Numbered from the stretch's first letter, positions 9,148-20,148 are shown. The stretch: 64,000 nucleotides of DNA from Nitrospiraceae bacterium (GCA_002726235.1 PBSN01000004.1:37279-101278); one strand, 5' to 3'. Notes: generated by a model not told the origin, from the letters alone. Numbers and translations: made by a program.

Positions 9148-9675
9148 TTATCCTTGTGGCCGAATGAGGGCTAAAGGTTCGCCATATTCAACTGGGGTCC
9201 CGTTCTCGATCAGGATCGAGACTACGGTTCCGTCGACCTCAGATTCAACTTCGTTCATCAGCTTCATGGCCTCGATCAGTCCAAGAACCTGTCCCTTACG
9301 CACCTTGTCACCCTCTTCGACATATGGTTTGGCATCTGCTGACGATGCTCGATAGAAGGTTCCAACAAGCGGGGAAGTAATTGGAAATAGGTTGGGATCA
9401 GACAGTGTCTGATCGATGGGTGTTCTCCCTTTTTGCGGCGAGGGACGCTCAGGGCTGGATGATTGCGTACGTTGAGTTCCACTTTCGTTCTGCTTCCCAA
9501 GTTTTACCCGGATCCCAGCCTGCTCAACCTCAAGTTCGGTAATGTCTTTACGCTGGAACAGATCAATAAGTTTCTCAAGTTCGAATATATCGAATGTCGA
9601 ACTCGTCCCTGTCTTTTTCTGACGTGTGGATATTTTTTTTCGGAGGCTAGGTCTTTTACCTGACGCGCTCGACAT
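9148..9675 (-). CDS. accB: Acetyl-CoA carboxylase biotin carboxyl carrier protein, with basic N-terminal extension
   Basis: C-terminal biotinyl domain with the EAMKLMNEVES motif and a P/S-rich linker. The N-terminus is K/R-rich (MSSASGKRPSLRKKISTRQKK). Lies upstream of accC. Confidence 0.9.
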   Translation of the reverse strand: MSSASGKRPSLRKKISTRQKKTGTSSTFDIFELEKLIDLFQRKDITELEVEQAGIRVKLGKQNESGTQRTQSSSPERPSPQKGRTPIDQTLSDPNLFPITSPLVGTFYRASSADAKPYVEEGDKVRKGQVLGLIEAMKLMNEVESEVDGTVVSILIENGTPVEYGEPLALIRPQG

Positions 9676-10222
9676 AGGCTCGTGTTCTGGTATCGATTAA
9701 AATGACCGTTCCGGCTTCCAGATAGAGTGGGACTTTTACCACCGCACCGGTTTCGACGGTAGCGTTTTTGCTTCCACCTGATGCGGTGTCTCCACGAACG
9801 CCAGGGTCCGTTTCGATTACTTCGACTTCGACAAAATTTGGCAATGTAACGGAAATGGGTTGTCCCTTGTAGAGCAGGATCTTGACCATCATGCTCTCTT
9901 TGAGCATGTCCGCGTTGTTACCCACTTGTTGTGAGGTAAAGAATTGTTGCTCAAAGGTTTCGGTGTCCATGAAATGCCATTCGTTCGCGGTAGCGTCATG
10001 ATAGAGAAATTGCATGTCGTGCTCTTCGCAGTCGGGTTCTTCTACTTTTTCCCCGGCTCGGAAGGTTTTGTCAATTACGTTCCCAGACTTGAGTTTTCGT
10101 AATTTTGTTCGCACAAAAGCACCGCCTTTGCCCGGCTTGACGTGCTGAAACTCGAGAATCTCCATGGGCTCCCCATCGAGTTCAAGCCTAGCTCCACCAC
10201 GAAACTCTGCCGTTGATATCAT
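9656..10222 (-). CDS. efp: Elongation factor P
   Basis: MISTAEFRGGARLELDGEPMEILEFQHVKPGKGGAFVRTKLRKLKSGN with the KPGKG loop. 188 aa from the ATG at 10222, which overlaps the aroQ stop (ATGA). The ORF-track start at 10273 is too long. Confidence 0.95.
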   Translation of the reverse strand: MISTAEFRGGARLELDGEPMEILEFQHVKPGKGGAFVRTKLRKLKSGNVIDKTFRAGEKVEEPDCEEHDMQFLYHDATANEWHFMDTETFEQQFFTSQQVGNNADMLKESMMVKILLYKGQPISVTLPNFVEVEVIETDPGVRGDTASGGSKNATVETGAVVKVPLYLEAGTVILIDTRTRAYVERVR

Positions 10223-10668
10223 TCGGTTTCTTCTCCCTTCAACGTCTGTATTGCCGCACGTATTCCAAGGCAATAGCTGTATGGGCCAAATCCTGAGATC
10301 TGTCCGATTGTCACGGCTGCGGCATAGGAATGCCGTCGAAACTCTTCTCTTGCGTAAATGTTTGAGAGATGGACTTCGATTGTTGGAGTTGGAACGGAGG
10401 CAATTGCATCGCGAATAGCAATGCTGGTGTGGGTGAATGCTCCTGGGTTCAACACGATGGCATCATAACGTGAAGGAGCCTCTTGAATCCATTGGATCAG
10501 ATCGGCCTCGGCATTTGATTGTCGCGCTGTGACCTCCGCGCCTGCGGATTTTCCCCACTCAACAAGTTTGCGGTCCAATTCCTCAAGGGATCCTGCTCCA
10601 TAAATTGAAGTTTCTCTTGATCCGAGGAGATTAAGGTTAGGACCGTGTAAAACTAGGAGCTGGTGCAT
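10219..10668 (-). CDS. aroQ: 3-dehydroquinate dehydratase, type II
   Basis: LVLHGPNLNLLGSRETSIYG...LNPGAFTHTSIAIRDA...EVHLSNIYAREEFRRHS. Start taken at MHQLLVLHGPN (10668). Confidence 0.9.
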   Translation of the reverse strand: MHQLLVLHGPNLNLLGSRETSIYGAGSLEELDRKLVEWGKSAGAEVTARQSNAEADLIQWIQEAPSRYDAIVLNPGAFTHTSIAIRDAIASVPTPTIEVHLSNIYAREEFRRHSYAAAVTIGQISGFGPYSYCLGIRAAIQTLKGEETE

Positions 10669-10830
10669 ATGAACTCGCATGAACCCACGCACAGCATCAT
10701 AATGGATTCGTTGGTAAAAGAATAGCCTTGCGTGGCAATATGTTATGACACTTCACTCGTTGACCTGAGAGAAACTGCTTTGTTAAAATCGCGCGGATTT
10801 TGATCGTTTGAGGATGAGGATATCAATACG

Positions 10831-11715
10831 GTGGACGGTGCGGCATATCTCGCTGCTCAGCGAGAAAAAATTGACCGATTTCTCGACGAGACTCTCCCAG
10901 GCTCAGATAGTACCCTTCATGAAGCTATGCGGTATAGCCTGCTTGCAGGGGGGAAGCGTTTACGCCCTGGACTTGCCGTTGCCGCGTACGAAGCCGTTGA
11001 GGGGACATCTCAGGATATTATACGTATGGCTTCGACTCTCGAACTGATTCATACCTATTCGCTGATTCACGACGATTTGCCGGCCATGGATGACGATAAC
11101 TATCGTCGAGGAAAACCCGCAAGTCACAAAGCATTTACTGAAGCAATCGCGATCTTGGCGGGTGATGCTTTGCTGACATTGGCTTTTGAAGTTGCAAGTC
11201 AACCAGGAGTATTAGCAAACGATATTAGTGAGGGGACTCGTCTTCAAGTAATCCGTGAACTGGCCGAAGGATCTGGAAGCTTCGGAATGGTTGGTGGCCA
11301 GGCGATCGATATTGAATCAGAAGGTATGGCAATTGATGCTAAACGCCTTGAGCATATCCACAAACATAAAACTGGGAAACTCTTTCGTGCGGCGGTGCGT
11401 ATTGGGGCCCTCATGGGTGAGGCATCGGCGGAGCAGTTGGATTTGCTCACAAGATACAGTGAGGACATTGGCCTTGCATTTCAAATCAATGACGATATTC
11501 TGAATGTCGTCGGAGCCCGGACGAAACTTGGCAAATCAACTAATAGCGATGCGGCGAGAGGAAAACCCACCTATCCTGCTTTTTTCGGTATTGACGCATC
11601 GCGACAGAAGGTTAAGGCGCTCACCGAGCGAGCGATCCACTGGCTTGAGTCATTTGGCCTCCCTGCCGAGCCGTTAAGGGCCATCGCCATCTTCCAACTC
11701 AGTCGCACTTCGTAA
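10831..11715 (+). CDS. ispA: Polyprenyl (farnesyl/geranylgeranyl) diphosphate synthase
   Basis: First aspartate-rich motif LIHDDLPAMDDDNYRRGKP and second motif FQINDDILN. 294 aa, GTG start. Confidence 0.85.
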   Translation: MDGAAYLAAQREKIDRFLDETLPGSDSTLHEAMRYSLLAGGKRLRPGLAVAAYEAVEGTSQDIIRMASTLELIHTYSLIHDDLPAMDDDNYRRGKPASHKAFTEAIAILAGDALLTLAFEVASQPGVLANDISEGTRLQVIRELAEGSGSFGMVGGQAIDIESEGMAIDAKRLEHIHKHKTGKLFRAAVRIGALMGEASAEQLDLLTRYSEDIGLAFQINDDILNVVGARTKLGKSTNSDAARGKPTYPAFFGIDASRQKVKALTERAIHWLESFGLPAEPLRAIAIFQLSRTS

Positions 11716-12396
11716 TTTCCTAAGGAACAGTCATTTGATTGTTGTGCCTCAAGGAAACCTCATCCATCCCGTTTGCCCTGAGCTAGTCGGAGATAGCCCT
11801 TTCCAACGATTTGTATTTTCGGTTTTCGGCGCTTCCCGCTAAGCAACTTTGCCGGCTGGGCCTTTGTGGGAATGAGTTCTCTTCTTGTGTTTACGATGTG
11901 GAAATCGCGTTTCTCGCGTCACAGGGAAGATTTGTCGTCGGATCGGGCGCCTTGGTCTTTATTAGGCCATTTACCTCAAGCACAACTTAGGCACAAATAA
12001 TAGTAGACAAAAATTTCATCTTTGAGGTATTGTGCGTTTTATCGGAGACCGAGGAATAGGGCTTTACTGTCTCGTCTTGATATTCAATTCGGCGGCAACT
12101 TTTTGGATTGGGGAGTTTTGGCTTGGAGTGCCAGGAACTACGATTTATCTTTTGCTCAGCCTCTGGCTTCTGATGAAAAATTGCGCTTTATCAATTAAAC
12201 TACCTACTACATGATGTATCCTTCTAGATAATAGGCACAGCATACATGATTTATCTGGGATGGTTTGCGCGTTTCAGTGTGTGGCAGGTGCTTCTTGGGC
12301 CAAATGCTTAATCCTTCTAGGTCTTGAGGTCATAGAGCAATTTGGGTATCGTATGTCGCTTGTGTGTTTACTAGCAAAGAGGGAAAGGACACTGGA

Positions 12397-13641
12397 ATGG
12401 CAAAGGTTTTAGAAGGATATGGAATGGGGATTCTCCAGAAATGGAATATTGCCGTGCCACGAAATGTTGTGGTGACTTCGGTTCAGGATCTTGACCGGCG
12501 TGTTTCTGACAATCCGTGGCTGAAAAACACGCAGCTTGTTGCGAAGGCTCATGAAGCTCTTGGATCACGTTTCAAACTCGGATTAGTCAGGGTCAAGCTC
12601 AACTTCACGCAAGCACGAAGTGCCGTGAAGGGCATGATTGGACGCCAAGTCGGTGGATTGACCGTTAGTGAGGTCATTGTCTCGGAGATGGTGCCACATT
12701 CTCATGAGTACTATGCAGCAGTCCAAGCGACGCGCAACGGTGCGGATATTTTGCTTGCAACCTGTGGGGGAATCGACGTTGAGGAAAATTGGGATCGCGT
12801 GAAATCCCTCGCCGTGGAAGTTGGGAACACTCCTTCCAAGAACGCTCTGGAGACGTTGGCGCGCAAGGCTGGGTTTTCTGGTGATCTGGTTGGTAAGGCT
12901 GCAGATTTCGCCGGAAAGCTGTTTGCCGCGTACGATAATGAAGATGGACAGTACTTAGAAGTCAATCCGCTGGTCCATCGGAGTTTGGACAGAACATTGG
13001 TTGCGCTTGATGTGGTGACATTGCTTGATGGTGATGCAAAATTCCGTCATCCGGATTGGACCTTCCCCTTTGCGGCTGAATTTGGCCGGGCCTATACCGA
13101 AAACGAAAAAGAAGTCATGGCGGTTGATGCGAAAATCAAAGGCTCCGTCAAGTTCATCGAAATTCCGGGTGGAGATACCGCTTTGCTTCCTGCCGGCGGT
13201 GGCGCCAGCGTGTATTACTCCGACGCGGTCGTTGCGCGAGGAGGCACTCTCGCAAATTACTCTGAATATTCCGGCGATCCTCCCGATTGGGCGGTGGAAA
13301 CATTGACTGACAAGGTGTGCTCGTTGCCGGGAATAAAACGCCTTATTGTCGGCGGCGCGATTGCTAATTTTACCGACGTCAAAAAAACATTTGGGGGCAT
13401 TATTGCCGGCTTTCGAAAGGCGAAAGCAAAAGGCAAGATGGATAAAACTCATATTTGGGTTCGTCGTGGCGGGCCACGTGAGAAAGAGGGGCTTGCAGCG
13501 ATGCGTGAGTTGGCTAAGGAAGGATTTAAAATTCACGTGTTTGATCGCAACACCCCCTTGACCGATATTGTCGACATGTCGCTTGGGAAAAAGTCTCGAT
13601 CAGGAGCGAAAGGCTCAAAGAAGAAAGCGGTGTCCACATGA
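12397..13641 (+). CDS. aclB: ATP-citrate lyase, beta (small, ATP-grasp) subunit
   Basis: MAKVLEGYGMGILQKWNIAVP...LVAKAHEALGSRFKLGLVRVKL... is collinear with Chlorobium-type AclB as I recall it. GGAAAGGA lies upstream of the ATG at 12397. The stop overlaps the aclA start (ATGA). K-rich C-terminal tail. Confidence 0.85.
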   Translation: MAKVLEGYGMGILQKWNIAVPRNVVVTSVQDLDRRVSDNPWLKNTQLVAKAHEALGSRFKLGLVRVKLNFTQARSAVKGMIGRQVGGLTVSEVIVSEMVPHSHEYYAAVQATRNGADILLATCGGIDVEENWDRVKSLAVEVGNTPSKNALETLARKAGFSGDLVGKAADFAGKLFAAYDNEDGQYLEVNPLVHRSLDRTLVALDVVTLLDGDAKFRHPDWTFPFAAEFGRAYTENEKEVMAVDAKIKGSVKFIEIPGGDTALLPAGGGASVYYSDAVVARGGTLANYSEYSGDPPDWAVETLTDKVCSLPGIKRLIVGGAIANFTDVKKTFGGIIAGFRKAKAKGKMDKTHIWVRRGGPREKEGLAAMRELAKEGFKIHVFDRNTPLTDIVDMSLGKKSRSGAKGSKKKAVST

Positions 13642-15455
13642 GTATTATGGCGACCACAAAAACGAAAGTTGTGATTCAAGGTGGTGTGGCCGGACTCAAT
13701 GCAGCGCGCCGGATGGGAGAGTTTTGCTACCTGATTCATAAACCGCTGAATGTTGAAGCGTTTGTTTATCCACCAGACGCAGGAAAAAGTTATGACGTGC
13801 CGTTTGGGAGTCAGATCATTCCCGTTCCCGTGTATCGAACGATAAAAGAAGCGACATCAAAGCATCTTGTGAACACCAGCTTGATCTATATGGGCGCAAA
13901 TCGCGCTTACTCCGGAGCCATGGAAGCACTCGAATCTCCGGATATCAAATCCATCTCGATGATTACCGAGGGTGTGCCTGAACGTGATGCCAAATTGCTG
14001 GCAAGGGAAGCTAAGAAACGTGGAAAGCTCTTTAATGGTCCCTCTTCGATAGGCGTTATATCTGCTGGCGAGTGCCGGCTTGGGGTCATTGGAGGATCGT
14101 ACGATAATTTGGTTGCTTGCAACCTGCATCGTCCTGGATCATTCGGGGTCATTACGAAATCAGGAGGTCTCTCCAATGAAATTATGTGGATCACAAGTCA
14201 GTTTGCCGATGGAATTACGACGGCCATTGGAATTGGTGGAGACGCATATCCCGGAACGGATTATGTGACCTACCTCGAAAAATTTGAAAAAGATCCCAAA
14301 ACGAAGGCCGTGATCATTGTCGGAGAGATGGGTGGAACTCTCGAAGAAGAAGCTGCGGCATGGTATGGCGCAAAGAAGCGGCGGGTTCAACTCCTTGCCG
14401 TCGTGTCCGGTTTCTGTCAGGAATCGCTGCCCAAGGGTATGAAGTTTGGGCATGCGGGGGCAAAGGAAGGCATGCATGGTGAGGGCTCCGCGCGTTCCAA
14501 GGCACAGTTGCTCAAAAAATCGGGTGCGATTGTCCCTGATACATTTGGTGCTCTAGGTCCGGCCATCAAGAAAGTCTATGCGAACCTGATCAAGTCTGGG
14601 CAGGCGAAGGAAATTCCAGCTATCCCAGCTCCTCAGCTCCCCAAAACCGTAGATGCTGCGGTAAAAGCTGGCGATGTCGCCGTGACTCCGCTCATTCGAA
14701 CAACCATTGCTGATGATCGAGGCGAGGAACCATGTTATGACGGGTATCCTGCGTCAGAACTGATCAACAAAGGCTACGATATCCCACACGTCATGGGATT
14801 GTTATGGGACAAGCGACTAATCTCAAAGCAAGAGGCGGAAATCATTCGTCGGATCATCATTCTCTCTGCCGATCATGGACCTTGTGTCAGTGGTGCCCTC
14901 GGAACAATTATCGCAGCCTGTGCGGGCATTGGAATGTCGCAGGCTGTTGCAGCCGGTCTGATCATGATTGGGCCACGCTTCGGCGGAGCCGTGACAGATG
15001 CCGGTCGCTGGTTTCAATATGGCGTCAAGAACCACAAAGGCGATATTCCCGGCTTCCTCGCGTACATGAAGGATAACGTTGGGCCAGTTCCGGGAATTGG
15101 ACATCGAGTCAAAAGTGTGAAAAACCCAGACAAACGGGTAAAGGAATTGGTGAAGTACGTAAAGTCCACTAGAATCAAGACTCCACATCTTGACTTTGCG
15201 TTGGCACTCGAACAGGTAACTGCTGGAAAAAAAGATAATTTGATTCTTAATGTCGACGGCACCATGGCTGCCATTCTCGTGGATATTGGATTCCCGGTCG
15301 ACAGCCTAAACGGATTTTTTGTTCTCTCCCGAACCATTGGTTTGATCGGCCATTGGACAGACCAGAAAAGACAGGGGGGGCGTCTCATTCGCCTGTTTGA
15401 TTATCTTGTAAACTATGCGACATCCAAACGACGCGAAGTGCCAAAACTCAAATAG
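13638..15455 (+). CDS. aclA: ATP-citrate lyase, alpha (large) subunit
   Basis: SucD-like N-terminal half with phosphohistidine motif KFGHAGAKEG. Citrate-synthase-like C-terminal half (ILSADHGPCVSG..., GIGHRVKSVKNPDKRV). 605 aa. Confidence 0.9.
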   Translation: MSIMATTKTKVVIQGGVAGLNAARRMGEFCYLIHKPLNVEAFVYPPDAGKSYDVPFGSQIIPVPVYRTIKEATSKHLVNTSLIYMGANRAYSGAMEALESPDIKSISMITEGVPERDAKLLAREAKKRGKLFNGPSSIGVISAGECRLGVIGGSYDNLVACNLHRPGSFGVITKSGGLSNEIMWITSQFADGITTAIGIGGDAYPGTDYVTYLEKFEKDPKTKAVIIVGEMGGTLEEEAAAWYGAKKRRVQLLAVVSGFCQESLPKGMKFGHAGAKEGMHGEGSARSKAQLLKKSGAIVPDTFGALGPAIKKVYANLIKSGQAKEIPAIPAPQLPKTVDAAVKAGDVAVTPLIRTTIADDRGEEPCYDGYPASELINKGYDIPHVMGLLWDKRLISKQEAEIIRRIIILSADHGPCVSGALGTIIAACAGIGMSQAVAAGLIMIGPRFGGAVTDAGRWFQYGVKNHKGDIPGFLAYMKDNVGPVPGIGHRVKSVKNPDKRVKELVKYVKSTRIKTPHLDFALALEQVTAGKKDNLILNVDGTMAAILVDIGFPVDSLNGFFVLSRTIGLIGHWTDQKRQGGRLIRLFDYLVNYATSKRREVPKLK

Positions 15456-15478
15456 ACCTGAGTACAGGAGAAACTAGA

Positions 15479-17800
15479 ATGTTGGCTGAACACGTTAAAG
15501 CACTGTATGCATCAATGTCAGAAAGGGTGGACGCAGCACGGAAGAAGTTTGCTCGGCCGTTGACACTTGCGGAAAAGATCCTAGTTTCGCATGCCGACAA
15601 CTTTGATACCCAAGTGTGGGATCGAGGCAGGGCGCAATTGCTCCTCCGTCCGGATCGTGTCGCCATGCAAGATGCCACCGCGCAGATGGCGATGTTGCAA
15701 TTCATTCAGGCCAAGAAGTCCCGCGTTGCGGTATCCAGCACGATTCATTGCGACCATCTGATTCGAGCTCAGGTTGGTGCAGACGCCGACCTGCTTCTGG
15801 CAAACAATGAAAATCGTGAGGTTTACAATTTTCTTTCGTCGTCGGCCAAAAAGTATGGAATTGGATTCTGGAAGCCAGGGTCAGGAATTATTCATCAGGT
15901 TGTGTTGGAAAATTACGCGTTTCCCGGTGGACTGATTATCGGAACCGATTCACACACCCCCAACGGTGGCGGCCTCGGCATGTTGGCAATTGGTGTTGGT
16001 GGTGCAGATGCTGGAGAAGTTATGGCAGGGTTGCCGTGGGAAGTGCTCCACCCTCAGTTGATTGGCGTCAAATTAACCGGAAAGTTGAATGGGTGGACAT
16101 CGGCAAAGGATGTCATCCTTTACCTTTGCGGGCTTCTCACAACCAAGGGCGGGACCAACAGAATTATTGAATACTTTGGCCCTGGAGCCTCGACAATTAG
16201 CGCGACGGGTAAAGGGACCATCACTAACATGGGTGCTGAGTTGGGTGCGACAACATCAATTTTCCCATTCGATGACAAGATGGCTGCATACTTGCGTCTC
16301 ACCGATCGTGCGGATGTGGCTGAGTTGGCAGAAGCGAACCACAAGCTACTGGTTGCTGATCCTGAAGTAACACAGGATGCTGAGAAATTCTATGACAAGA
16401 TCGTTGATGTTGATCTCTCCACTCTTGAGCCATACGTGGTTGGCCCACATACCCCTGATCTTGCAAGGCCGATTTCGAAGTTGTCCTCCGAGGTCAAAAC
16501 AAAGAGCTATCCAGCCAAACTAGGCGCGGCATTGATTGGAAGTTGCACAAACTCCTCTTATGAAGATATCAGCCGGGCGGCCCACGTGGCCAAGCAAGGG
16601 TTAGCTGCTGGCTTGAAAGCGAAGGCTTCGTTCTTTGTGACCCCAGGGTCCGAACGGATTTATCACACTATGAAACGCGATGGATTTATGGAGATCTTTG
16701 AATCCATGGGGGGGACTGTTCTTGCCAATGCCTGTGGCCCCTGCATTGGGCAGTGGGAACGCGGTGGTAGCAAAAAAGGAGAGGCCAATTCAATCGTGAG
16801 TTCCTATAACCGAAACTTTCCAGGACGAAACGATGGAAATGCCGAGACGCTCTCATTTCTTTCGAGCCCTGAGATCGTAACGGCTCTGGCATTCTCTGGC
16901 GATCTGCATTTTGATCCCGTAAATGGGTCTATCGATACGAACGATGGAAAGACGTTTAAGTTTGAAATGCCTCAAGGCGAGGAACTTCCGAAGCAAGGTT
17001 TCGCCAAGGCAGAAGAAGGCTTTGTCCCACCAGCAGACAATGGTACCGACCTTGAGGTTGACCTTCCGCCAACCAGTGAACGATTGCAGTTGTTAGAGCC
17101 GTTTCCCGCGTGGGATGGACGAGATTTTCGAATGCTTCCAATTCTGATCAAGACCAAAGGCAAGACGACGACCGACCACATTTCTCCAGCTGGGCCGTGG
17201 TTGAAATTCCGTGGTCATTTGGACAAGATCAGCGATAACATGTTTCTTGGAGCCACAAACGCATTTTCAGATACTGTCGGAGAAGGCACAGACGCACTTG
17301 AAGAAGACGACGGCTTAGAGGGGAAAAGCAGCTTAAAGATTGCCGAGATTGCACGGCGGTATAAGGCTAAGGGTATTGGCTCCGTTGTGATCGGAGACGA
17401 GAATTATGGTGAGGGAAGTAGTCGTGAACATGCTGCCATGTCGCCGCGCTTCCTCGGCGTCCAAGTGGTTATTGTGCGGAGCTTCGCTCGTATTCACGAG
17501 ACAAATCTTAAAAAACAAGGCATTCTTCCGCTGACATTTGCCAATCCTGCCGACTATGACTTGTTTGAACAGGATGATCGTGTATCGGTCATGGGGCTGA
17601 GTCACCTGGCCCCAGGCCAACCGGTAAGAGTTGCCGTGTCGAAATCAGCTACCGAAGTGGTGATTGATACGAATCATAGCTTCACAGAACAGCAGATTGG
17701 GTGGTTCAAGGCGGGTTCTGCACTGAACGCGCTGGGCACCACGGAATCAGACGGGAGCGCCGTGCTCGGATTGGGTAATGGGGCCAGCTGTCAATCATAG
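15479..17800 (+). CDS. acn: Aconitate hydratase (mitochondrial-type aconitase A)
   Basis: LTLAEKILVSH...RPDRVAMQDATAQMAMLQF, GTDSHTPNGGGLG, SCTNSSYED, NACGPCIGQW and SYNRNFPGRNDG are aconitase signatures including the Fe-S Cys ligands. 773 aa. Confidence 0.9.
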   Translation: MLAEHVKALYASMSERVDAARKKFARPLTLAEKILVSHADNFDTQVWDRGRAQLLLRPDRVAMQDATAQMAMLQFIQAKKSRVAVSSTIHCDHLIRAQVGADADLLLANNENREVYNFLSSSAKKYGIGFWKPGSGIIHQVVLENYAFPGGLIIGTDSHTPNGGGLGMLAIGVGGADAGEVMAGLPWEVLHPQLIGVKLTGKLNGWTSAKDVILYLCGLLTTKGGTNRIIEYFGPGASTISATGKGTITNMGAELGATTSIFPFDDKMAAYLRLTDRADVAELAEANHKLLVADPEVTQDAEKFYDKIVDVDLSTLEPYVVGPHTPDLARPISKLSSEVKTKSYPAKLGAALIGSCTNSSYEDISRAAHVAKQGLAAGLKAKASFFVTPGSERIYHTMKRDGFMEIFESMGGTVLANACGPCIGQWERGGSKKGEANSIVSSYNRNFPGRNDGNAETLSFLSSPEIVTALAFSGDLHFDPVNGSIDTNDGKTFKFEMPQGEELPKQGFAKAEEGFVPPADNGTDLEVDLPPTSERLQLLEPFPAWDGRDFRMLPILIKTKGKTTTDHISPAGPWLKFRGHLDKISDNMFLGATNAFSDTVGEGTDALEEDDGLEGKSSLKIAEIARRYKAKGIGSVVIGDENYGEGSSREHAAMSPRFLGVQVVIVRSFARIHETNLKKQGILPLTFANPADYDLFEQDDRVSVMGLSHLAPGQPVRVAVSKSATEVVIDTNHSFTEQQIGWFKAGSALNALGTTESDGSAVLGLGNGASCQS

Positions 17801-17851
17801 AAACGAACACCGCAGCATCTGAAGGATTTTGAAGGCTACCTACTTAGAAGG

Positions 17852-20098
17852 ATGACGACTATGCCTGCACAGCCAGATATTGTCTATACCAAAGTTGATG
17901 AAGCGCCCCAGCTTGCGAGCGGATCGTTTCTTCCCATCATACAAGCTTTTGCAAAAGTCGCGAATGTAGACGTTGGCATAAAAGATATTTCGCTTGCCGG
18001 AAGAATCATTGCACAATTTCCTGACAAGCTTGCCGACACACAACGGCAGCCAGATGATCTGGCATTGCTGGGTGAGTTGGTGCTAAAACCGGAGGCTAAT
18101 GTTATCAAACTTCCCAATATTAGCGCCTCCATCCCCCAGATCAGAGCAGCAGTCGCAGAACTGCAATCACAGGGTTACGCTATTCCTGACTACCCAGAAG
18201 ATCCGCAAAGTGATGTGGAAAAAGACATCAAGGCCAGGTTCGATAAGGTCAAGGGAAGTGCGGTCAATCCCGTGTTGCGACAGGGGAACTCAGATCGAAG
18301 GGCTGCAACATCGGTCAAAAATTACGCCAAAAGTAATCCGCATAGGATGGGCAAGTGGGCCAAGGACTCAAAAACGAATGTCGCGACCATGTCAAGTGGC
18401 GATTTTCGCTCCAATGAAACGTCGGCGGTCATTACCGAACAGTCTGCTGGAGAGGGCAGAATTGAATTTATTGGTTCGGCCGGAAGCACCACGGTGTTGA
18501 ATGCGAAACTTGCGTTTGATAAAGGCGATGTTGTTGATGCAACGAAGATGAGCGTCCGCGCATTGCGACAGTTTATTGAGGACCAAATTACTGAAGCAAA
18601 AAAAGATTCTGACGTGTTGTTGTCCCTGCATATGAAAGCCACCATGATGAAGGTCTCGGATCCCATCATCTTTGGTCATGCTGTGACTGTGTATTTTGAT
18701 GACGTGTTTGAAAAACATAAAGACGCATTTCAGAAATTAGGCGTCAACCCGAATAACGGGTTGGGGGACGTTTATACGAAAATGAAGAGTTTGCCGGAAT
18801 CACAGCAGAAAGAAATTGAAGTGGACATCCAAACATGCTTGAAGAATGGGCCAGATCTCGCGATGGTAGACTCTGATAAAGGCATTACCAATCTGCACGT
18901 GCCTAGCGATATCATTGTTGATGCTTCGATGGCGGCGTCAATTCGCGCCTCCGGGAAAATGTGGGGTCCTGACGGGAAAGAATATGACACTCTGGCCATG
19001 ATTCCTGACAGTAGCTATGCAGGCGTGTATCAGGCAGCTATCGATTTTTGTCGTGACAATGGCGCGTTTGATCCAACAACGATGGGCACGGTTCCCAATG
19101 TTGGCCTGATGGCCCAAAAGGCAGAAGAATATGGATCTCACGATAAAACCTTTGAAGCTCTTGGAAAAGGTTCGATTCGTGTAATTGATGGCGCTGGGAA
19201 TACTGTGCATGAACACAATGTCGATGCCGGCGATATCTTTCGCAGTTGCATCGTCAAGGATATCCCAATTCAGGATTGGGTAAAGCTGGCGGTCAGCCGA
19301 GCCAGGTTATCCTCAACACCAGTTGTATTCTGGCTCGATAAGAATCGCGCACATGATGCGCAGCTTATTGAAAAGGTAAACTGCTATTTGAAAGATCATA
19401 ATGTCGACGGCCTCGATATTCAGATCATGGCCCCTGTGGATGCGATGAAGCGTTCATTGCAACGTGCCAAAGACGGTCAAGACACTATTTCCGCAACCGG
19501 GAATGTGTTGAGAGATTATCTAACCGACCTCTTCCCGATTCTGGAGCTTGGCACCAGTGCAAAAATGCTGTCCATCGTTCCCCTCATTAAGGGGGGAGGG
19601 TTATTTGAGACAGGGGCAGGGGGGTCGGCACCCAAACATGTCCAACAGTTCGTGAAGGAAGGTCATTTACGATGGGAGTCTCTTGGCGAATTTTTGGCTC
19701 TTTCAGAAGCATTCGCCCATTTGAGTAGAACAACGAAGAATGCGAAAGCTCAAGTTCTTGCGGATACGCTTGATCGTGCCACCGGCAAGCTAATGGAGAA
19801 TAAGAAGTCGCCGGGTCGTGTCCTTGGCCAGTTGGACAATGCTGGAACTCATGTGTACGAAACACTGTATTGGGCACAAGAATTAGCTGCGCAGAATGAC
19901 GATCGGGCGCTGAAGGATAAGTTTACGCCAGTCGCGAATGAACTTGAGGCGAAATTAGATGGAATCCTTGAAGACTTGAACACCTCGAAGGGCAAAGCAA
20001 TTGATCTCGGCGGGTATTATCGGCCGGATGCAGACAAGGTAGAGGCGGCCATGAGGCCGAGCTTAACATTCAACTCAATATTGGGCAGTCTGAGTTAA
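17852..20098 (+). CDS. icd: Isocitrate dehydrogenase, monomeric type (~740 aa class)
   Basis: The N-terminal [24 protein letters not shown] and overall length of 748 aa fit the monomeric NADP-IDH family. Confidence 0.9.
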   Translation: MTTMPAQPDIVYTKVDEAPQLASGSFLPIIQAFAKVANVDVGIKDISLAGRIIAQFPDKLADTQRQPDDLALLGELVLKPEANVIKLPNISASIPQIRAAVAELQSQGYAIPDYPEDPQSDVEKDIKARFDKVKGSAVNPVLRQGNSDRRAATSVKNYAKSNPHRMGKWAKDSKTNVATMSSGDFRSNETSAVITEQSAGEGRIEFIGSAGSTTVLNAKLAFDKGDVVDATKMSVRALRQFIEDQITEAKKDSDVLLSLHMKATMMKVSDPIIFGHAVTVYFDDVFEKHKDAFQKLGVNPNNGLGDVYTKMKSLPESQQKEIEVDIQTCLKNGPDLAMVDSDKGITNLHVPSDIIVDASMAASIRASGKMWGPDGKEYDTLAMIPDSSYAGVYQAAIDFCRDNGAFDPTTMGTVPNVGLMAQKAEEYGSHDKTFEALGKGSIRVIDGAGNTVHEHNVDAGDIFRSCIVKDIPIQDWVKLAVSRARLSSTPVVFWLDKNRAHDAQLIEKVNCYLKDHNVDGLDIQIMAPVDAMKRSLQRAKDGQDTISATGNVLRDYLTDLFPILELGTSAKMLSIVPLIKGGGLFETGAGGSAPKHVQQFVKEGHLRWESLGEFLALSEAFAHLSRTTKNAKAQVLADTLDRATGKLMENKKSPGRVLGQLDNAGTHVYETLYWAQELAAQNDDRALKDKFTPVANELEAKLDGILEDLNTSKGKAIDLGGYYRPDADKVEAAMRPSLTFNSILGSLS

Positions 20099-20148
20099 TT
20101 CACTAGACACCTGTGAACCTCTGAGTATCGAGTAGAAACGGAGCGCTG

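Noticed and set aside
12032-12214. 60-aa hydrophobic ORF in the aclB upstream region.
   Set aside because: It has a GTG start without an evident RBS and no family resemblance. I kept it only as a note under the leader finding.
12218-12320. 10-nt direct repeat ATCCTTCTAG (12218-12227 and 12311-12320) in the aclB upstream region.
   Set aside because: A single 10-mer match within about 680 nt is reasonably likely by chance. No further copies or dyad symmetry were seen.
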